Shown here: in pieces, positions 24,381 to 38,336 of the stretch | Numbering within the stretch: the stretch's first letter is position 1 | How the letters are laid out: every line of letters begins with the position of its first letter | DNA from: Hydrolagus colliei | Lineage: Eukaryota | Direction: 5' to 3' | NCBI GenBank assembly: GCA_035084275.1 | Contig: CM068745.1 | Span: 49,414,001-49,478,000 of the forward strand | Length of the DNA stretch: 64,000 bases | The notes under the pieces: model-generated | Told to the model about the DNA's origin: nothing | What the model saw: only the letters and a program-made list of their open reading frames with translations | Database searches by the model: none | Made by a program: the position numbers and the translations under genes

Positions 24381-26419
24381 ATCCCAATATCAGGACTTGG
24401 AACCCACATTGTCCATGGTGACCCTGCAATGCAGCCCAAGCTTTATAAGAGCAACTGTAATATAATCAGGTATAACAATCTGCCAGTTGATGCATGTACC
24501 AAGTAACACAACTTATCTGTATATACAGTGAGATTCCCCAAATAATTCTATCATGTTACCTGTTTCAATTGACAATGCACCATGGAAATACTGTACATCA
24601 CAAGTTGGAATCTGGCCAAGGTCAGTAAATTTAACGACAAGCACAGAATAATATGTGCACAATGCCACAGTTGGCAATATAACTGACAAAAAAAGAATAA
24701 TCCCCTCATGTTTCAATTCTTGGATAACATGAGAACCTTACCAGATGGCAAAAGCCAAAGATTGAATAATCTAATTTTTGAACAGTCAGAGATTTAAACA
24801 ATATAATAAAAGCTGCTGAGTTTTCAAGACCATAAACGCCTCCCATATGCTGAATAAGTTACAATGTCACAGGGCATATTTTTATGAGCTTGGGGGAGCC
24901 ATTTATTGCATCAGAATCTCGGTAGCTCTGGAGTATATTTCTTTTATGCTGGCTGATTTTATTTTGCAGGTTCTGAGGTATAATTCTGAAGTCAATGGGA
25001 AATATATATCTGCTTAGGTTTTGTGTTATGTGAAGCAAAGTGTTGTTTTATCACCCTTTGAAAATTGATAAAATAATGGGTGAGACACACAATATTTTTG
25101 AACTGATTAATAAATGCCACAATTAAGGTTTTCGCAGTGATTCACTGTGGCAAAATTTCTACCCTATCACGGCCATCAGATAAACTATTCATACCTGGAA
25201 CATTTCTTTAATTATTCCCTGAAACGCTGAAGCCAATTATGTGGTGATTTGAAACAGAATTTTTGAATGTAGAAATTAGAAATACATCACGATGATAAGA
25301 GATGTCTGCTCTGATGCCACTAGGTTTGGAGAGGCGTTTGCAGAGGTTGATGTAACACACTTGACATATTGCTGGATGAAGTCTCTATTCACATTTCTTG
25401 TTAATCAATCCAGCTGGAAATACTGTGACTTAGACTGCAATGACGAAACATCAATTATAGATTTACACTTGGTTCATTCTTTTCTCAAAGGAGTATTTCA
25501 TCGAGATTACCAATTTTTAAACATCAAGACAGTTTATTTGGAATATGCAATGATTCAATGCTGTACAGCTTTTGCATTTGTGTGTGTTTGGAACAATCTT
25601 GACCTTGTTTAGCTTTTAAAATTAAATTCCTTTAAGTTGAGCAATCACTCACAATCGAGTGGCTGTGACTGTCAGTCCCAAGGCTGGTTAATGCTTGTAT
25701 TTGCTTTCTGTGGTTGTGTTCAGTTTTATCAGTTCTCAATCATGTCACTGTATGGAGTGAGTGACTTGCAGTAAAAAAAAATGTCATGTCTTGCAAAAAA
25801 GGAGGAAAGAACTTCGCCAAAACTGACATTTTAATCCATTTCCACTTAATTATAGGTAGATCATATACCATTGCTGAAGATGAGAACATTTCACTTCCAA
25901 GCCTGATGTTCCTGACCACATAACAACAAATGACCAACATTGGGAAACAACATGGTCCATAAACCTATATTAGTTTTAGCACAGGAACTCAGTCAGGAAC
26001 TCAGTCAGCACCAGAATCCAGTGACATTGCCTTCTTATTGGACCATACCAGCCTTCTTATTGGACATACCACCGTACCAGATTCCTGTAAATAAGGAATC
26101 ACTATAATGGGGAAAAATTATACAGTAATAGGTTTCCTTGCACTGTGGTTCTTTATGTGTCTAAAACATATATAAGCTTAAAATTCAACCTTCTCTTAAT
26201 CAGTAGGAATGTTTCCTTAAAATTAAAAAAAAGTATTCACAGAATTGTGAACATTACTTCAATTCTGTTTTAATTTAAGTTTATTTCCCAGAGTTGGAGT
26301 GCCAACTTAGAGTGTGAGTTCAAATTCTTCACCTGGGGTCAATAACCTACCTGAAAACCTTCCTCTTCAGCCGCTATCTCCTTCCCACACCCCAGTTTTT
26401 AGTCCACCTCTGTTAAGTG

Positions 26420-26760
26420 CTCCTGCCCACTGTGAGTGTTCTATATAGTGCAAATTGTTGTTGTGGTAGACATTTCCAAAATAGAAATGTTGCCCAGGGA
26501 GGTTGAGGAGTTTAGAATCACAGAAGTGAAGACATTGTTGGGAGAGAAGGAATATGGCTTCTCTCTTGTCCATGTTCAGCTGCAGGAAGTTTACGCTCAT
26601 CCAGGCCTTACTGTCTGCCAGAGAAGCCAATAGAATATCTGGAGTTGCTACTGGAGGGGGCAAAGTGGATTTGTGGGTCAGCGGTTTACCCTGGGTCAGC
26701 GGATGACATCACCCAGAGAGAGCATATAGACAAGGAAAAGCAGAGGTCAAGGAGGAAGCC
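26420..26760 (-). mobile_element. L2 RT fragment
   Basis: Minus ORF LADSKAWMSVNFLQLNMDKREAI; L2 tail remnant near 26440-26465. Confidence 0.7.
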
Positions 26761-27894
26761 ATGCAGTACAAACCTTGAACTATTTGATTGATCCAACCTA
26801 TTGATGAAAACAAACCAAGTCATACTGACACATAAGTTTTCAGGCAGGCATTTACAATCTGTTGCTGAGCTTCCATTCTAACAGATGCCCAAAAGAATAA
26901 CACATTGAAATATTTAAACATATCAATTTAACTCTGATGCAAGTTTCAGACATGTATTGTAAAAATAATGTTTTTCCCATCAACTGATAAATAAATTGTG
27001 TATATTTGAATGTGCCATTATATGCATACATTTAGAAAAATATACATTACTGTGAAAAAAAAGCCTCTGATAAAAACATTGTTTGTTCTCTCGATGTTGT
27101 TTGCTGTATTGAATTTGCTGTGTTACCAGCTAATATAACAAAACAAATGAATAGCTATCTTGAAACATGGTACACAGTTATTTCAAGATTAGAAATGTTC
27201 AAATGATACTGTAAATCATGAGAGCAATGCCCTTGGTTATTATCAATCATATAAACATTAAATTCTAAATTCAAGGCAACATTTCTATTCTGGAAGTGAC
27301 TAGCGTTATTAAGTTGTATACACTATAACGATATTTCGAGGGTCAAAGTTAATGTCAAAACATAACCGATATACATCAAAGAAACATTAATGGATGAGGT
27401 GATCAAGTGGATCCTAACAATTTGATACATTTAAATTTCACTTAAAGATACACTCAAATAGAATGAACATGTTAGTTACATTTATAAATGTATTGTTCCA
27501 AAGAGTGTTTGATATCACACACATCACTTTCCTGGGACAAAATGTAATCAGTCCTCAAAAGTACAAACAAAAGCCACATACAGCCTTTGATAATGATTAG
27601 TAAATTATCATTTTTGTATCATTTCAGTCACAAAGCACAAACAATACTGCCCTCATGCTTACAACACATTTTGGACCCAATTATCAGATCAATTATCATA
27701 ATGAGACAATAATTTAAATCCTAGACCTGCAAAGGGCATAGATGCAACACTGGTGATTGAGATTTTTAATAAAAGTCAAAGTGGATGTGTAATGTATCCA
27801 GATAATTGTTAATCAGAACATAGGGTGAAATTCATTTTTCCTTATGAATAATCTCATGATTTTCGAAGCATGAACTGATAGACAGGACCTCAGT

Positions 27895-28248
27895 GATAAT
27901 AATCCTTGAATTTGATATAGTGCTTTTCACATCTCCTAGACATCTCAAAGCGCTTCACAGAATATACTGTACGGTAAATTGAATTGACTGGAAATTTGTG
28001 GGCGAATCGCGGCATACAATTGCGTACAGCAGTGTCCCACAAACAGTCGTTCATTGAAATGACCAATTTATCATTGTTTTTTTGGAGAGGTATTATTATT
28101 AGACGTGTGGTGTAAGGAAACTTGCCCAAGGTTTCACCCTGTCTGGAATTGAACCCAAGTCTCTTGCTCGCTAAACAAATGTAATTTTGTTGTTGTTGTT
28201 GTTGTTGTTGTAGGGCAAGTGCTCTAACTACTCAACTAAGGACTCCAC
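27895..28248 (-). mobile_element. Full-length SINE (short variant) with a ~40 bp L2 tail inserted in its tRNA head
   Basis: Matches consensus; cgctaaacaaatgtaattttg(ttg)n at 28169-28208 interrupts ctcttgct|tgtagggcaag. Confidence 0.88.
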
Positions 28249-28445
28249 ATAACTTGCGTTACCAGATAAGTGCCATTTTCAGACTACAAGCATTGCTCCT
28301 GGAGTACTGCACTAGAGTGTAATCATGGAATATAACCTCAAATCCAGGCATGGCTTTTAACTCCTAATTTTCTGAGGGAGAGGTGCTACCAACTGACAAA
28401 CATGTAAATTCTCTTTTTTGTTCTTTTTAATGATATCAGTATCCA

Positions 28446-28850
28446 TGTGGCTCAGTTGGGAACCTCTCACCTATGAGTTAGTAGATAGTGGATTCAATTC
28501 CATATTGAAATTAGGCTGATATCCAATGCAGCATTGAGGGACTGTTACATTGTTATAGTTGCTGTCATTTGAATGAGACATACTGATATCCCATCTCTGT
28601 TTAGGTAGCCGGTTCCATGGCACTGTTGAAAAAGAGAAGAGAGATTCTCTCAGTGTCGTGGCCAATAAACCCTCTGAAAATATTGATCATTCTCTTATTG
28701 GTTGTGGAAGGTACTGCTGTGGGTAAATTGGCTGTCATGCTTGCTCATAAATGCGCAATCATTATACTTCAGAGTAAAATGCTGTGAAGTGCTTTGAGAT
28801 GTCTCAACAATTTGATGAGGCACTATATCAAATGCACGGATTATTTATAC
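28446..28850 (+). mobile_element. Older Deu-domain SINE (AmnSINE/SacSINE-like) relic
   Basis: gtggctcagttggg..aggctgatatccaatgcagcattgaggga..ccatggcactgttgaaaaagag..ctgctgtgggtaaattggctg plus tail. Related relics at 2820-2950(+), 11130-11255(+), 12266-12388(-), 12398-12480(+) and 28265-28395(-). Confidence 0.65.
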
Positions 28851-29915
28851 AAAGCACTTATTCTGGAACAGAGCAGTAATGTTTCCCTTGATGGATGCAT
28901 TACATATGTATTGATATTACAATTGCTCAGTGTATTTTTTTTATGTTTTTCAGCAGTATTTAGTTATGTTGCTCTGTGAAGATTGTGCCGATAGAATTAT
29001 ACCGATTAAAATGTACTTCTTCACTCCAGACAGAAACAATTGCCATCATTTTTGCCATTGGAAGATTGATAAATTGGCCTTGAAAGCTGAATTCTTCTGG
29101 AGTCAAACTAAGTGTGTGTGAGTGATAATAATCCTTGCATTTGATATAGCGCCTTACCACATTTTGAGACATTTCAAAGCACTTCACAGGATACACTGTA
29201 CAGAGAATTGACCATACATTTTGTGGGTAATGAGCTCATTACCACCAGTTCCAACTATTATTGATAAATGCAATTGAGTCAGTAGTTAACCAGTAGTTAA
29301 AGCGCTCTGAGATGTCGACCAGTCGCCCGTTATGGAGGGTGCTATATAAATGCAAGTTGTTGTTGTTGTTGCTATTAATCAAAATCGGGAAGAATACCTA
29401 CTTGCACCACTTTATGCAGGATGCCGTCTCAAAGCACTTTCCAATGACGTAACAGACACCGAGCAAGGGAGAAGGACAAAGGGGACATAAAAAAACATTA
29501 CGTGTCTGTTGTAATGCTGCAACATGAAGCTTCCTAATGTGGCCATCTGCAATGTAGATCAAATAAATAGTCAATCAATCAATGATACTTTACTTTTACT
29601 TTTGCCTCAAAAGAATTCACAACATTTACTGTGAAATCATTTGAATTCTGGTCAACAGGATATCGACAATATTGAACTAAAAACAATTTCCTCCTAACAT
29701 GAATGGTGGTATATAAACACAATTTATTGTTATTGTTCACATGATCCTGCGCTCTCATGTGCTATCCACATATGTGAAAATCCTTTAGCTGTTGTGGTGT
29801 TGTTACACCCTTCCATTTTCACCAATTTGGGAAGATGGAAAACCCCAGCCAGTGTTTATTCATTGACTGCCTCAACCACATTTGTCGACAATCTGATTGT
29901 ATGATGGGTGATAAG

Positions 29916-30345
29916 TAGGGTCCATCGATATGGAAATTTTCCGACATCGATATATCGGTTGGCTCATATCGATATATACCGATATATCAATATCGCTGGG
30001 GGGCTTTATCCTGCGCATGCGCGCGCATTCCGATGTGCGCGCGCATTCCGATGTGCGCGCGCATTCCGATGTGCGCGGGCATTCCGATGTGCGCGTGCAT
30101 TCTGTACTCTAGGCCCAGGAGGTTTGCAATGCCGGCGACAAGGTAAGTTGAAAAAGTTTGCATTATACCGATATAACCGATATATTGATATATCATCGGA
30201 CACAATATGCCGATATTTGCGATATATCAATTTTTTTCATACCAAATTTTTTGATATACTGATATATTCAAGTTTCCTATATCGGCATATCTTTATGAAA
30301 AATTATACTGATTTAACCGATATAATGATATATCGCCGGACACTA
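29916..30345 (-). mobile_element. hAT-type MITE, copy 3
   Basis: tagggtccatcgatat...atatcgccggacacta; flanks gtgataag/gggataag (7/8). Confidence 0.9.
30019..30102. repeat. 18-bp minisatellite (gcgcgcgcattccgatgt) x4 + partial inside MITE
   Basis: Directly visible; produces the spurious ARAFRC repeats in the ORF track. Confidence 0.95.
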
Positions 30346-33300
30346 GGGATAAGTAACAAATCTCAATTTACCCCCAACTATTGCATTTATATTTGATTTC
30401 AGAGGTATAACCTGGATGTTGAGAAGAAGGACACAGCTAAATAGTAAATTAGAACATTTAACAGAACATTTAACAGGAAACTGAAGACGTGCACAAATCT
30501 GTGGATCTAATATTGAAGCAGCTCTCTTTCTTTGCAAGTTGAACTTGACTGCAATGAATTCACTATGGAGAATAATTTATTCAGTGTATCAGCTTTGTAT
30601 GATTCACAGAGTGAAGGCCGTGTAATAACTTAAAATAGTTGGAAGATTCGCAGACAAGAATTTGGAGTCACACCATTGACTAAAGTTTGGGAAATCACAG
30701 GTAGGACAAGAGTTCAGAACCCAACTAAACAGAGTTGTAAACTTGATAAATTTAATTAACATAGTATCTTGTGAGTTCTGGGAAATGTCTTCCTCACCAC
30801 CTCCCACACCCTGCCCACACCCCACATCCCCTCCTACCTCACACACACCCAATATGTTCTTTATCTTTGAATTTGGTTTAGTACCAGACTAACGTGCAAT
30901 GCATTTGTCTACAAAATATGAATAATTGATAGCAAAATACTTTATAGTAAATCATGTGAAGCATGTTGAAACTTCTCACCAATATAATAAACCACTATAT
31001 CAAATGCAAGGATTATTTTAATATAAGATTATACTGTACACACCAAATATTCTATTTTCTTCTCCAGGGTTATCAAGACATTTTCAAATGTATTGCAGAT
31101 CTTTGGTACGCAATACATTTAATAAGTAACCTGTGAATTTAATGTGAGGGAATTGTGCTCAATCTTACAGTTTCAATTTATGAATTCATGGCTTTATACT
31201 GGTGTCCCGATCCATGGTTTTAGCACTTACATTTGGGTGCTCAGCAGCCATCCCTGCAGCCAGTTATCTTGTTTAGAATTACTGGTACATGTAAATTAGA
31301 AAGAATTGTGTGGAAAAAATAATTTAGGTGGAAATCTGAATAATTAAGTTATTTACATCACAGACAAATGGCATGTTAATAGTCTTTTTGACTGATGTTC
31401 ATCACAGGATTTCGGAGTGAGACCTATATATCAACATTTGTGAGTTATTTCATTCCTCAAACACAAATAAAGAATGTTGAATGCAATCTCTGTGCAATAG
31501 CAGAGTCTCTGTACATCAGTATATAATTTGACATTGTGCAGTGCCGGTATAATCTTCCCAGAACTCCCTGGCAAATAAATAATTCAGGACTGCTGGAACT
31601 TTCATTGTTTAAACGAACAATCCTTGAATCTTTAGGAACCTAAGCACATAGCTCTGATAACCTCATACTTCATTCAAACCTATGCTGTTCCTCAAATCCA
31701 CCAGGAAAATTCATCTTTGGTCTTTAAATATTTTGAGTTGGATAATTTCCCCCTCATAGCCACTTCCTTTTCCATGCTCTGACCTATTGCTCCTCATGCC
31801 ATACCTCAAAGATCATTGACTGCAGCCTTTCCAATCAAATGCTCTTATCTTGTTACTCCTAATGGTGCTAAATATGACAGCTGGAGTGAAAAATGTATTG
31901 TTTTTATAACAAATTAAATGTGACAATTATTACATTGAATCTGTTAAGTCACCGCACAATTATCGAATGATTTTCGGTGTGATTCATTCCTCACCACCAC
32001 CTTCTGCACATAATCCACTTTGTTACAATTCATCCAAAGAGACTGTTCAAAATGATTTTACTCTCATGTTAGATACCGGTTGAAATGAAAATAGACAAAT
32101 ACGTTGGTCCCAACCATTGTACTAAAGACTGAGGAGTGTTGGCCACCCTCCCAGTTAGACTAGGCTACAGTTTAAAAGATAGTTCAAATATAAACAGGCA
32201 AACACAGTATAACGAAATGGAGTCCAGTTCAGGCAAACACTGGCTGGTTTACTTTCCTATTATTCACAAGTCCACAGGGCCTCCCAATGTCAGTGGCATA
32301 GCCAGCAACCATTGAAAATACTATGAGAGCAATTACAGTTGACTGGCCAGCCAACTTACTGCATGCACTGCACATACTGTTTGATGACATCAGCAACCCA
32401 AGACAACCCAGAAATGCTAATCAGCCCCACACGATAACCAGACCCATTACAACACACAGTCTCATTATCTGGACCCACAAATCCCATGTTTTAACAGAGT
32501 CAGAGTGTATTGACTAGTTTTACTGACTGCAATTCATCACAAAGTGATAATTATCATCGGGGATAATTACTGCCTGACAATCCTTTCACCCCCGTGTCTT
32601 TATAGGGTGGTTTCAGAAATAACATATGCCACATTAACAGCACCATGTGGATATTGTTTTCTGCTCTATAGTTGATAGCATTAATCATTCATTCAATCAT
32701 GCCACAAATACCTCAAACTACAATAGCCTATTTCCAAAAAGAGAGAATAAAATGTTGTGTTGTCCTCCACTGATCATCTAGAGTTTTCCTTATGAGGTGA
32801 CCACTTGTCAGCTGTTTAAAACACATTATCTTTAATTGCTGATCTCATTTGGAAAGGTTATGCTTCATGAAAGCAAGTTGACTCAGAACAATGGTTTCAC
32901 TCTGCCCTCAGTTTTTGTCTGACTCCTGATTGCAGAAATACACTTCTCTCAATAAAATCATTTCCCCAAAAGAATTAAAGGTTTATTGGGAAGTTCAATT
33001 TTTGTTTTTTTTCGAGAGCAAGGTTATACATGAATGGTTGATTTTGTATTTAAATCTCCATAGTTGTTTTTCCCCTGTAAATGTGCGAATGTCACACAGC
33101 TCTGAAAATGCACCGAGGAGCATTTTATATGCTAAGCATTGTCATAACACTTTTCACAATTTAATGGTCTTCCAAATTATTACATCATAAAACTTGGAAG
33201 TAATACTTTTATAACCTAAAAAATGTCCTTCTCTCTGTAAAGGTCTACAAAACCCCAACAAGTTCATAAATCATGCTACTGAGGTGATCCATTAGATTGC

Positions 33301-35400
33301 TTTATTTTATTACGTCCATTCTTCTGAATATACTTTAGGCATTTGTGTATACATTTCAATGTTAATGAACTGTCACAAACAAATTGAAGTCCTAGGGCTG
33401 TATCCACTGCAGAATTTGTGCCACATTTTGTGTTGCAATTTGAGGTCATAAGGGCCATCTAAATCATTGCCATTACAATTGACTAAAGTACTGTCAAAAG
33501 CAATTTATGCCAACGCAAGTGGCCCTAAAGTTAAAAGTAATTTATTGTTCATCCATAATCGTCACTTTTTTCTGAGTTCAGAGGGCTATTTGGTTACTCA
33601 GACTACATTCTAGTAATCCTGATAAATAAAAATGTATTCAGTGCATATATAAATCTATATGCATTTATTCTCCCACCATCCCAGAGCACTCTGCCATTGT
33701 CAAACTATTATGAATTAGAATTATTTTCTGTAAAGCATTGTCCGTAATAAAAATGTTAACTAACAAAAGGTAAGGAAACTTAGTAAAAATGAAACAGACA
33801 ATGTAATGGATTCAAAATCAAAATTACATTTATATAGCACCTTTCACATCGGGAGGACTTCCCAAGGCGCTGAACAGGCAGGTAGGGATCAGAAGAGTGG
33901 GGGAATGGTCGAGGTAGGGAGACGGAGAGTAGAAAATTGACTGTATATTTGTGGGTGAAACGCAGCGACCAAATTGCGCACAACAGTGTCCCACAAACAG
34001 TTGCGGAAGTGGGGCCAGGGGAGAAAGGGGGAAAAGAGGGTAAAATAAAGATTACATGTGATAACAATAAATAACCATTTTGTGTAGCACTTTTCACATT
34101 GGGAGCACTTCTCAAATTGTGTCATTATAGAAGCCGAGTATTTGAACCCACAAACCACTGACCGAGGGACAAACATGCTGCTAGCTGAACCAAACTGACA
34201 CTGCTGAATTAACATTGATGCTGATATGCAAGTTGTACACTGTTTCTTTGCAAATAATCGAACAGTCATCCGACTGCTGCAACTGTCCTGAGATTCCAGA
34301 CAAATGAATACCATTTCCTGCATCATCAGATTATCCTTTCATAAGTCAGTCTCTACTCCTGTGGTGGGCATATGAGATACAACTCCTAGAAACGAGAACT
34401 AACAATGAAATACACATGAGCTATTCAGCTCCATATGTGATTCATGAGATTCCTGTTGTTATATTTTGTAGTGGTAGGTAAACAAGCATTAATTCATTAG
34501 TGCATTTTTTAAATCATTTTAAAACTAGCCAATTATTTCTCAATTCGGTGATAGTTCTTTTTCTTGTCAGTTTATATTTTGTTCATGTCGTCCCAGTTTG
34601 TCCAACTTAATTACTTTTTAAAAAAGGTTAATGTACTTCATTGCTGTTGTCAAGGACGTCTCTCTCCATTTAGCAATCTAGGTTTCCATGTTTGCATTAC
34701 TTTGACATTACTGAATCTTCTCAGAGTTACCCATTTATACTCTATGCTTCGAATGTCATGGTATTCTCTTACCCACTGGAAATTACATGGTATTGTTAAC
34801 ATCTAATTATAATTCTATTGCATGTACCTTACTCTATGTGACTTTACTTGAAGTAGAGCAAGATACTTGCAATAATATTATAATTAAATAAGTTGACAAC
34901 CATAACTCATTTTGTACAGGTGCAAGTGAAAAAAGTGCTAACCAATACACTAAAGGATTTCACTTCTTATATGTTTAATAACCTTCAACCGACAGCTTGA
35001 TCCTGGCGCTCTTCATGAATACCTTCCAACCATCAGCAAACATACTTGCATTGTATTCGCTGATCCTCCACAATGAGAAACATCTTCAACTAACTGCTCA
35101 TTCTTTCTGAGCATTCATGGAAGCAATTTCAAAATTAACTCTTTGCAGAACTAATACTAAATATGTACAGAGAGGGTTTAGATTGCTAAAATAACAGTGC
35201 TTGATTGTGATTCTTTCGGAACATATGTCTGCTGTGTGTATGTTGTCTTCTCTTACGCTATCCCTTTGTATCTTCCCGCACCATGAAATTCTCTATTTCT
35301 CATTTCTTTTTGTTATCCTTTGTGGATCCTAATCCTGTTTCTGATTGTCATTTCTATTTGGGTAGTTCACTTATGTCAAAGAGTGGGATCAAAGGTGTTA

Positions 35401-35491
35401 CCTAATGCAGATATATTATGAACCACTGTGGTTATTCTTCAACATATTTTAGATTAACAACCACAGTGGTTCATAATATACCTGCATTAGG
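35401..35491. repeat. Near-perfect 33-bp inverted repeat (hairpin, 25-nt loop)
   Basis: 35401-35433 cctaatgcagatatattatgaaccactgtggtt vs reverse complement of 35459-35491 (32/33). Confidence 0.95.
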
Positions 35492-36539
35492 GAATGCAGA
35501 AACCACTGAAACTATGGTTCAGTGGAAATCATTGGAGATAAAGCAATGATATAAAGAAATAAGTAGCATTTTTACAGTGCCTTATCAAAGTCAAGTAGCT
35601 GAGCATCCTTCTTAGTAATTACTGATAGTGTAATAACTATGATTAATACATTTATTTTTGGTCACCTAAGTGACACAGAAGCAGAGACCAATCACCACGC
35701 TTAAGTGTATCCAACTGAAACTAGAGTTCCACATATGCATGGGAATTTCTCACATCTCCATACTCACTCTTTCATGAATAACATCCATTGAGCAAGGTAT
35801 CAGAGGTTACCCAGCATTATACCACAATAGAAGAAATAAATAGTTAACCATCTGGAGGAGGGTAGGAGAAACAATTGTAGAAAAAATCACTGAAAGAAAG
35901 TATGTTAAAGAATAATAATTTTCCTTAGGAAGACTCAAGAATGCCCTGGAAAATACAATTATTCAATAAATTCCTGATTTGGGATAAAACAGATACTGTA
36001 TGTAAAATTGGGTAAAAATCATTTTTGAAAGCATGCAAAATTTATTATTTAAAAATGTGTAAGAAACTTCATCAACTGCGAGTCAGAGCTCTGAAAAATC
36101 CATATATAATCTTTCTGCTATTATTTAATATATCTCACATGTATACTCCAATTACCACCTGCAGCTCAGATGTTAAATGAATCTTGTCAACTCAGGAAAA
36201 GCAGGGAAAAAAACGCTGAATCGGCAATGTACTATATCTGGCAATTGACTTCATGCAATACGCTGGTAATGGGCAGTTTTGCAAAGCTTGTCATTGCCTT
36301 CATTTGTACAGTGAATATTTTATAAATAAAGGTAATAAACCAAGTTGAAACAAATATCTTTAATGTGTCCAGCACATTTACAATTCATTCGGGCTGTAGT
36401 TTAAGCTTGTCAGCTTTTAACTGTGGTTACAAATGTTGGAACATTATGTAATGTGACTCAATATATTACAGGAGCTACAAATTACAGGCATTTGTTCATC
36501 ACACATAAAACAACCGCACAATGCAATAATAATAATGCT

Positions 36540-36777
36540 AATAACAATAATAATAATCCTTGCATTTGATGTAGTGCTTTTCATTCACATGACATCTTCT
36601 AAACATCTCGAAGTGCTTCACGGAATATACTGTAAAGTGAATTGACTGTATATTTGTGGGCGAAACACGGCAGCTGATTGTGCAAGCAGTGTCACACAAA
36701 CAGTTGTGGATTGAAATGAACAAATTATTATTGTTTGTTTTGAGGGATTATTATTGGGCAGGTGGAGTAAGGAAACA
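36540..36777 (-). mobile_element. SINE (5'-truncated)
   Basis: Family tail, core and ggagtaaggaaac. Confidence 0.85.
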
Positions 36778-37224
36778 TAAAATATAGTCATATAGAAATA
36801 TAGTAGAGTTAGCCACTAGAATTTACTGGACGTTGGCAAAGCAAAAAAGGCTGTTCATAGTGTTATGTACTTCATCATTATACTGTAGTATGCTAACTAC
36901 AAAATATGTAGACTGAAATTTTGCAAGTGACACCTTTCAAGGCTAGTTATATAAAAATTAACATTGTAGTTAAAATGTAGCACAATCTTCAGAAGTTAGA
37001 TTTCTCCTTACAGATTTATTTTGTTTAATTGAAGTTGTCAAAGAGGCAGAGGAGGAGGAACTTCTGATGTTAAATCTTTCAAACCAGTCTAATAGTTACA
37101 AGAGATTGTATGGCATGCAATGATTGCTGAGGTCATAGGATTGTTTGCAAATGGATTGTCAAGGGAGTTGGAAATGATTATGAAATTATTTTGTAATAAT
37201 TTTATATCATGTGGTTTAGGTCCA

Positions 37225-37780
37225 CATGTATGCTGATTACATCCACCACCACCCTCAAATCTAGTTCTGAACCAGTTCTGTCCTGAAAGATTGTCTGTTT
37301 GACATCAAGCTAACTTTCTCCAGTTGGAGATTGACAAAACAGAGGCCCTCCTTCTTTTCTCCTGTCAGCTTACTCACCATTGCATCATTATTCACGGATG
37401 CACTCCACCTCACAGAGCCAGCACATGTGTTCTATTGATGTCCTAGTTGGCCATCAATTACCCTTTAACCTCACATCAATGCCATAACCCATTCTGCCTT
37501 CTCCCACTTTGTCATCGTTGCTTCATTCCCCACTGTCTGCCAAAACAGTCATTCGTGCATTCATGATGTCCAGACTGAACTACACTAACTCTCTGCTTGC
37601 CGGACTTCTTCTGTCCAAGCTGCAGATTATTCAGAACTCTCCAGCCCATTTTGTCTCCTGTACCAGTCAGCCCCATCCTTGTTCAACACCACTGGTTCCC
37701 CTTCCCTCAGAGGATCGAGTTTAAATTCCTCATCCTCACATTTAAAACCCTTCATGGCCATGCTTCTCCCTACCTCTGTG
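37225..37780 (+). mobile_element. L2 RT/C-terminal fragment
   Basis: atgtatgctgat (MYAD), AKTVIRAFMMSRLNY.NSLLAG, KLQIIQNS and RIEFKFLILTFKTLHG. Confidence 0.85.
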
Positions 37781-38336
37781 ATAATAATAATAATCCTTGC
37801 ATTTGATATAGTGATCTGTTAATACTATACCAACTTCTCCGCTCCCTCTGCTTGGCATGCTTCATGTCCCCTGCTTTGCCCACTGTTGGTGGTTGGGCCT
37901 TCAGCTTTTCTGCCCGCAGCCTATTTTTAATACTACACCTATTGACCTTAATGTAATATACTCTTTGTATGATAATTATGTGCTGTGACTCACAGAATAG
38001 ACATACCATCATCTTATTAATTCTATGTTATCTTTGGAGAACCCAACACCACTCCAGCATGTTTTCATCAAAAATATACGAAACAAAATATATTTCTTCA
38101 TTCAAATTGTATCAAATTGTAAAGTATCAAATGATCTGACAGTTAATTAAATAATCAACATTTGAAATTTAGGAAGTAAAGATTTTGTGGTTGTCGGGTG
38201 GAGAAATGTTCAATACAAAAAGAACATCTAGTACCCAATTAAAGGCTCATGGGTTTAATCATTCACCTAAAGATATTTCAATAGGTTGTTTCACAAACTT
38301 TTTTTAATGTTCGCCCCCAACAGCCTTAATGTTATC

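Noticed and set aside
25292-25612. 106-aa ORF (also 21352-21642, 23673-23960, 24513-24716)
   Set aside because: No recognisable motifs or convincing splice-site pairs; lengths are attainable by chance or from decayed repeats.
25983-26064. Short direct duplications (aggaactcagtc x2; gccttcttattggac x2)
   Set aside because: Ordinary slippage-type micro-duplications.
29908-30396. 162-aa ORF with ARAFRC repeats; CRISPR-like periodicity
   Set aside because: 18-bp tandem units without spacers inside a MITE; the ORF is a by-product, and there are no cas genes.
34920-35080. Possible exon after a tttgtacag acceptor
   Set aside because: Frames close within ~25-50 codons, no donor found, and the peptide is not recognised.
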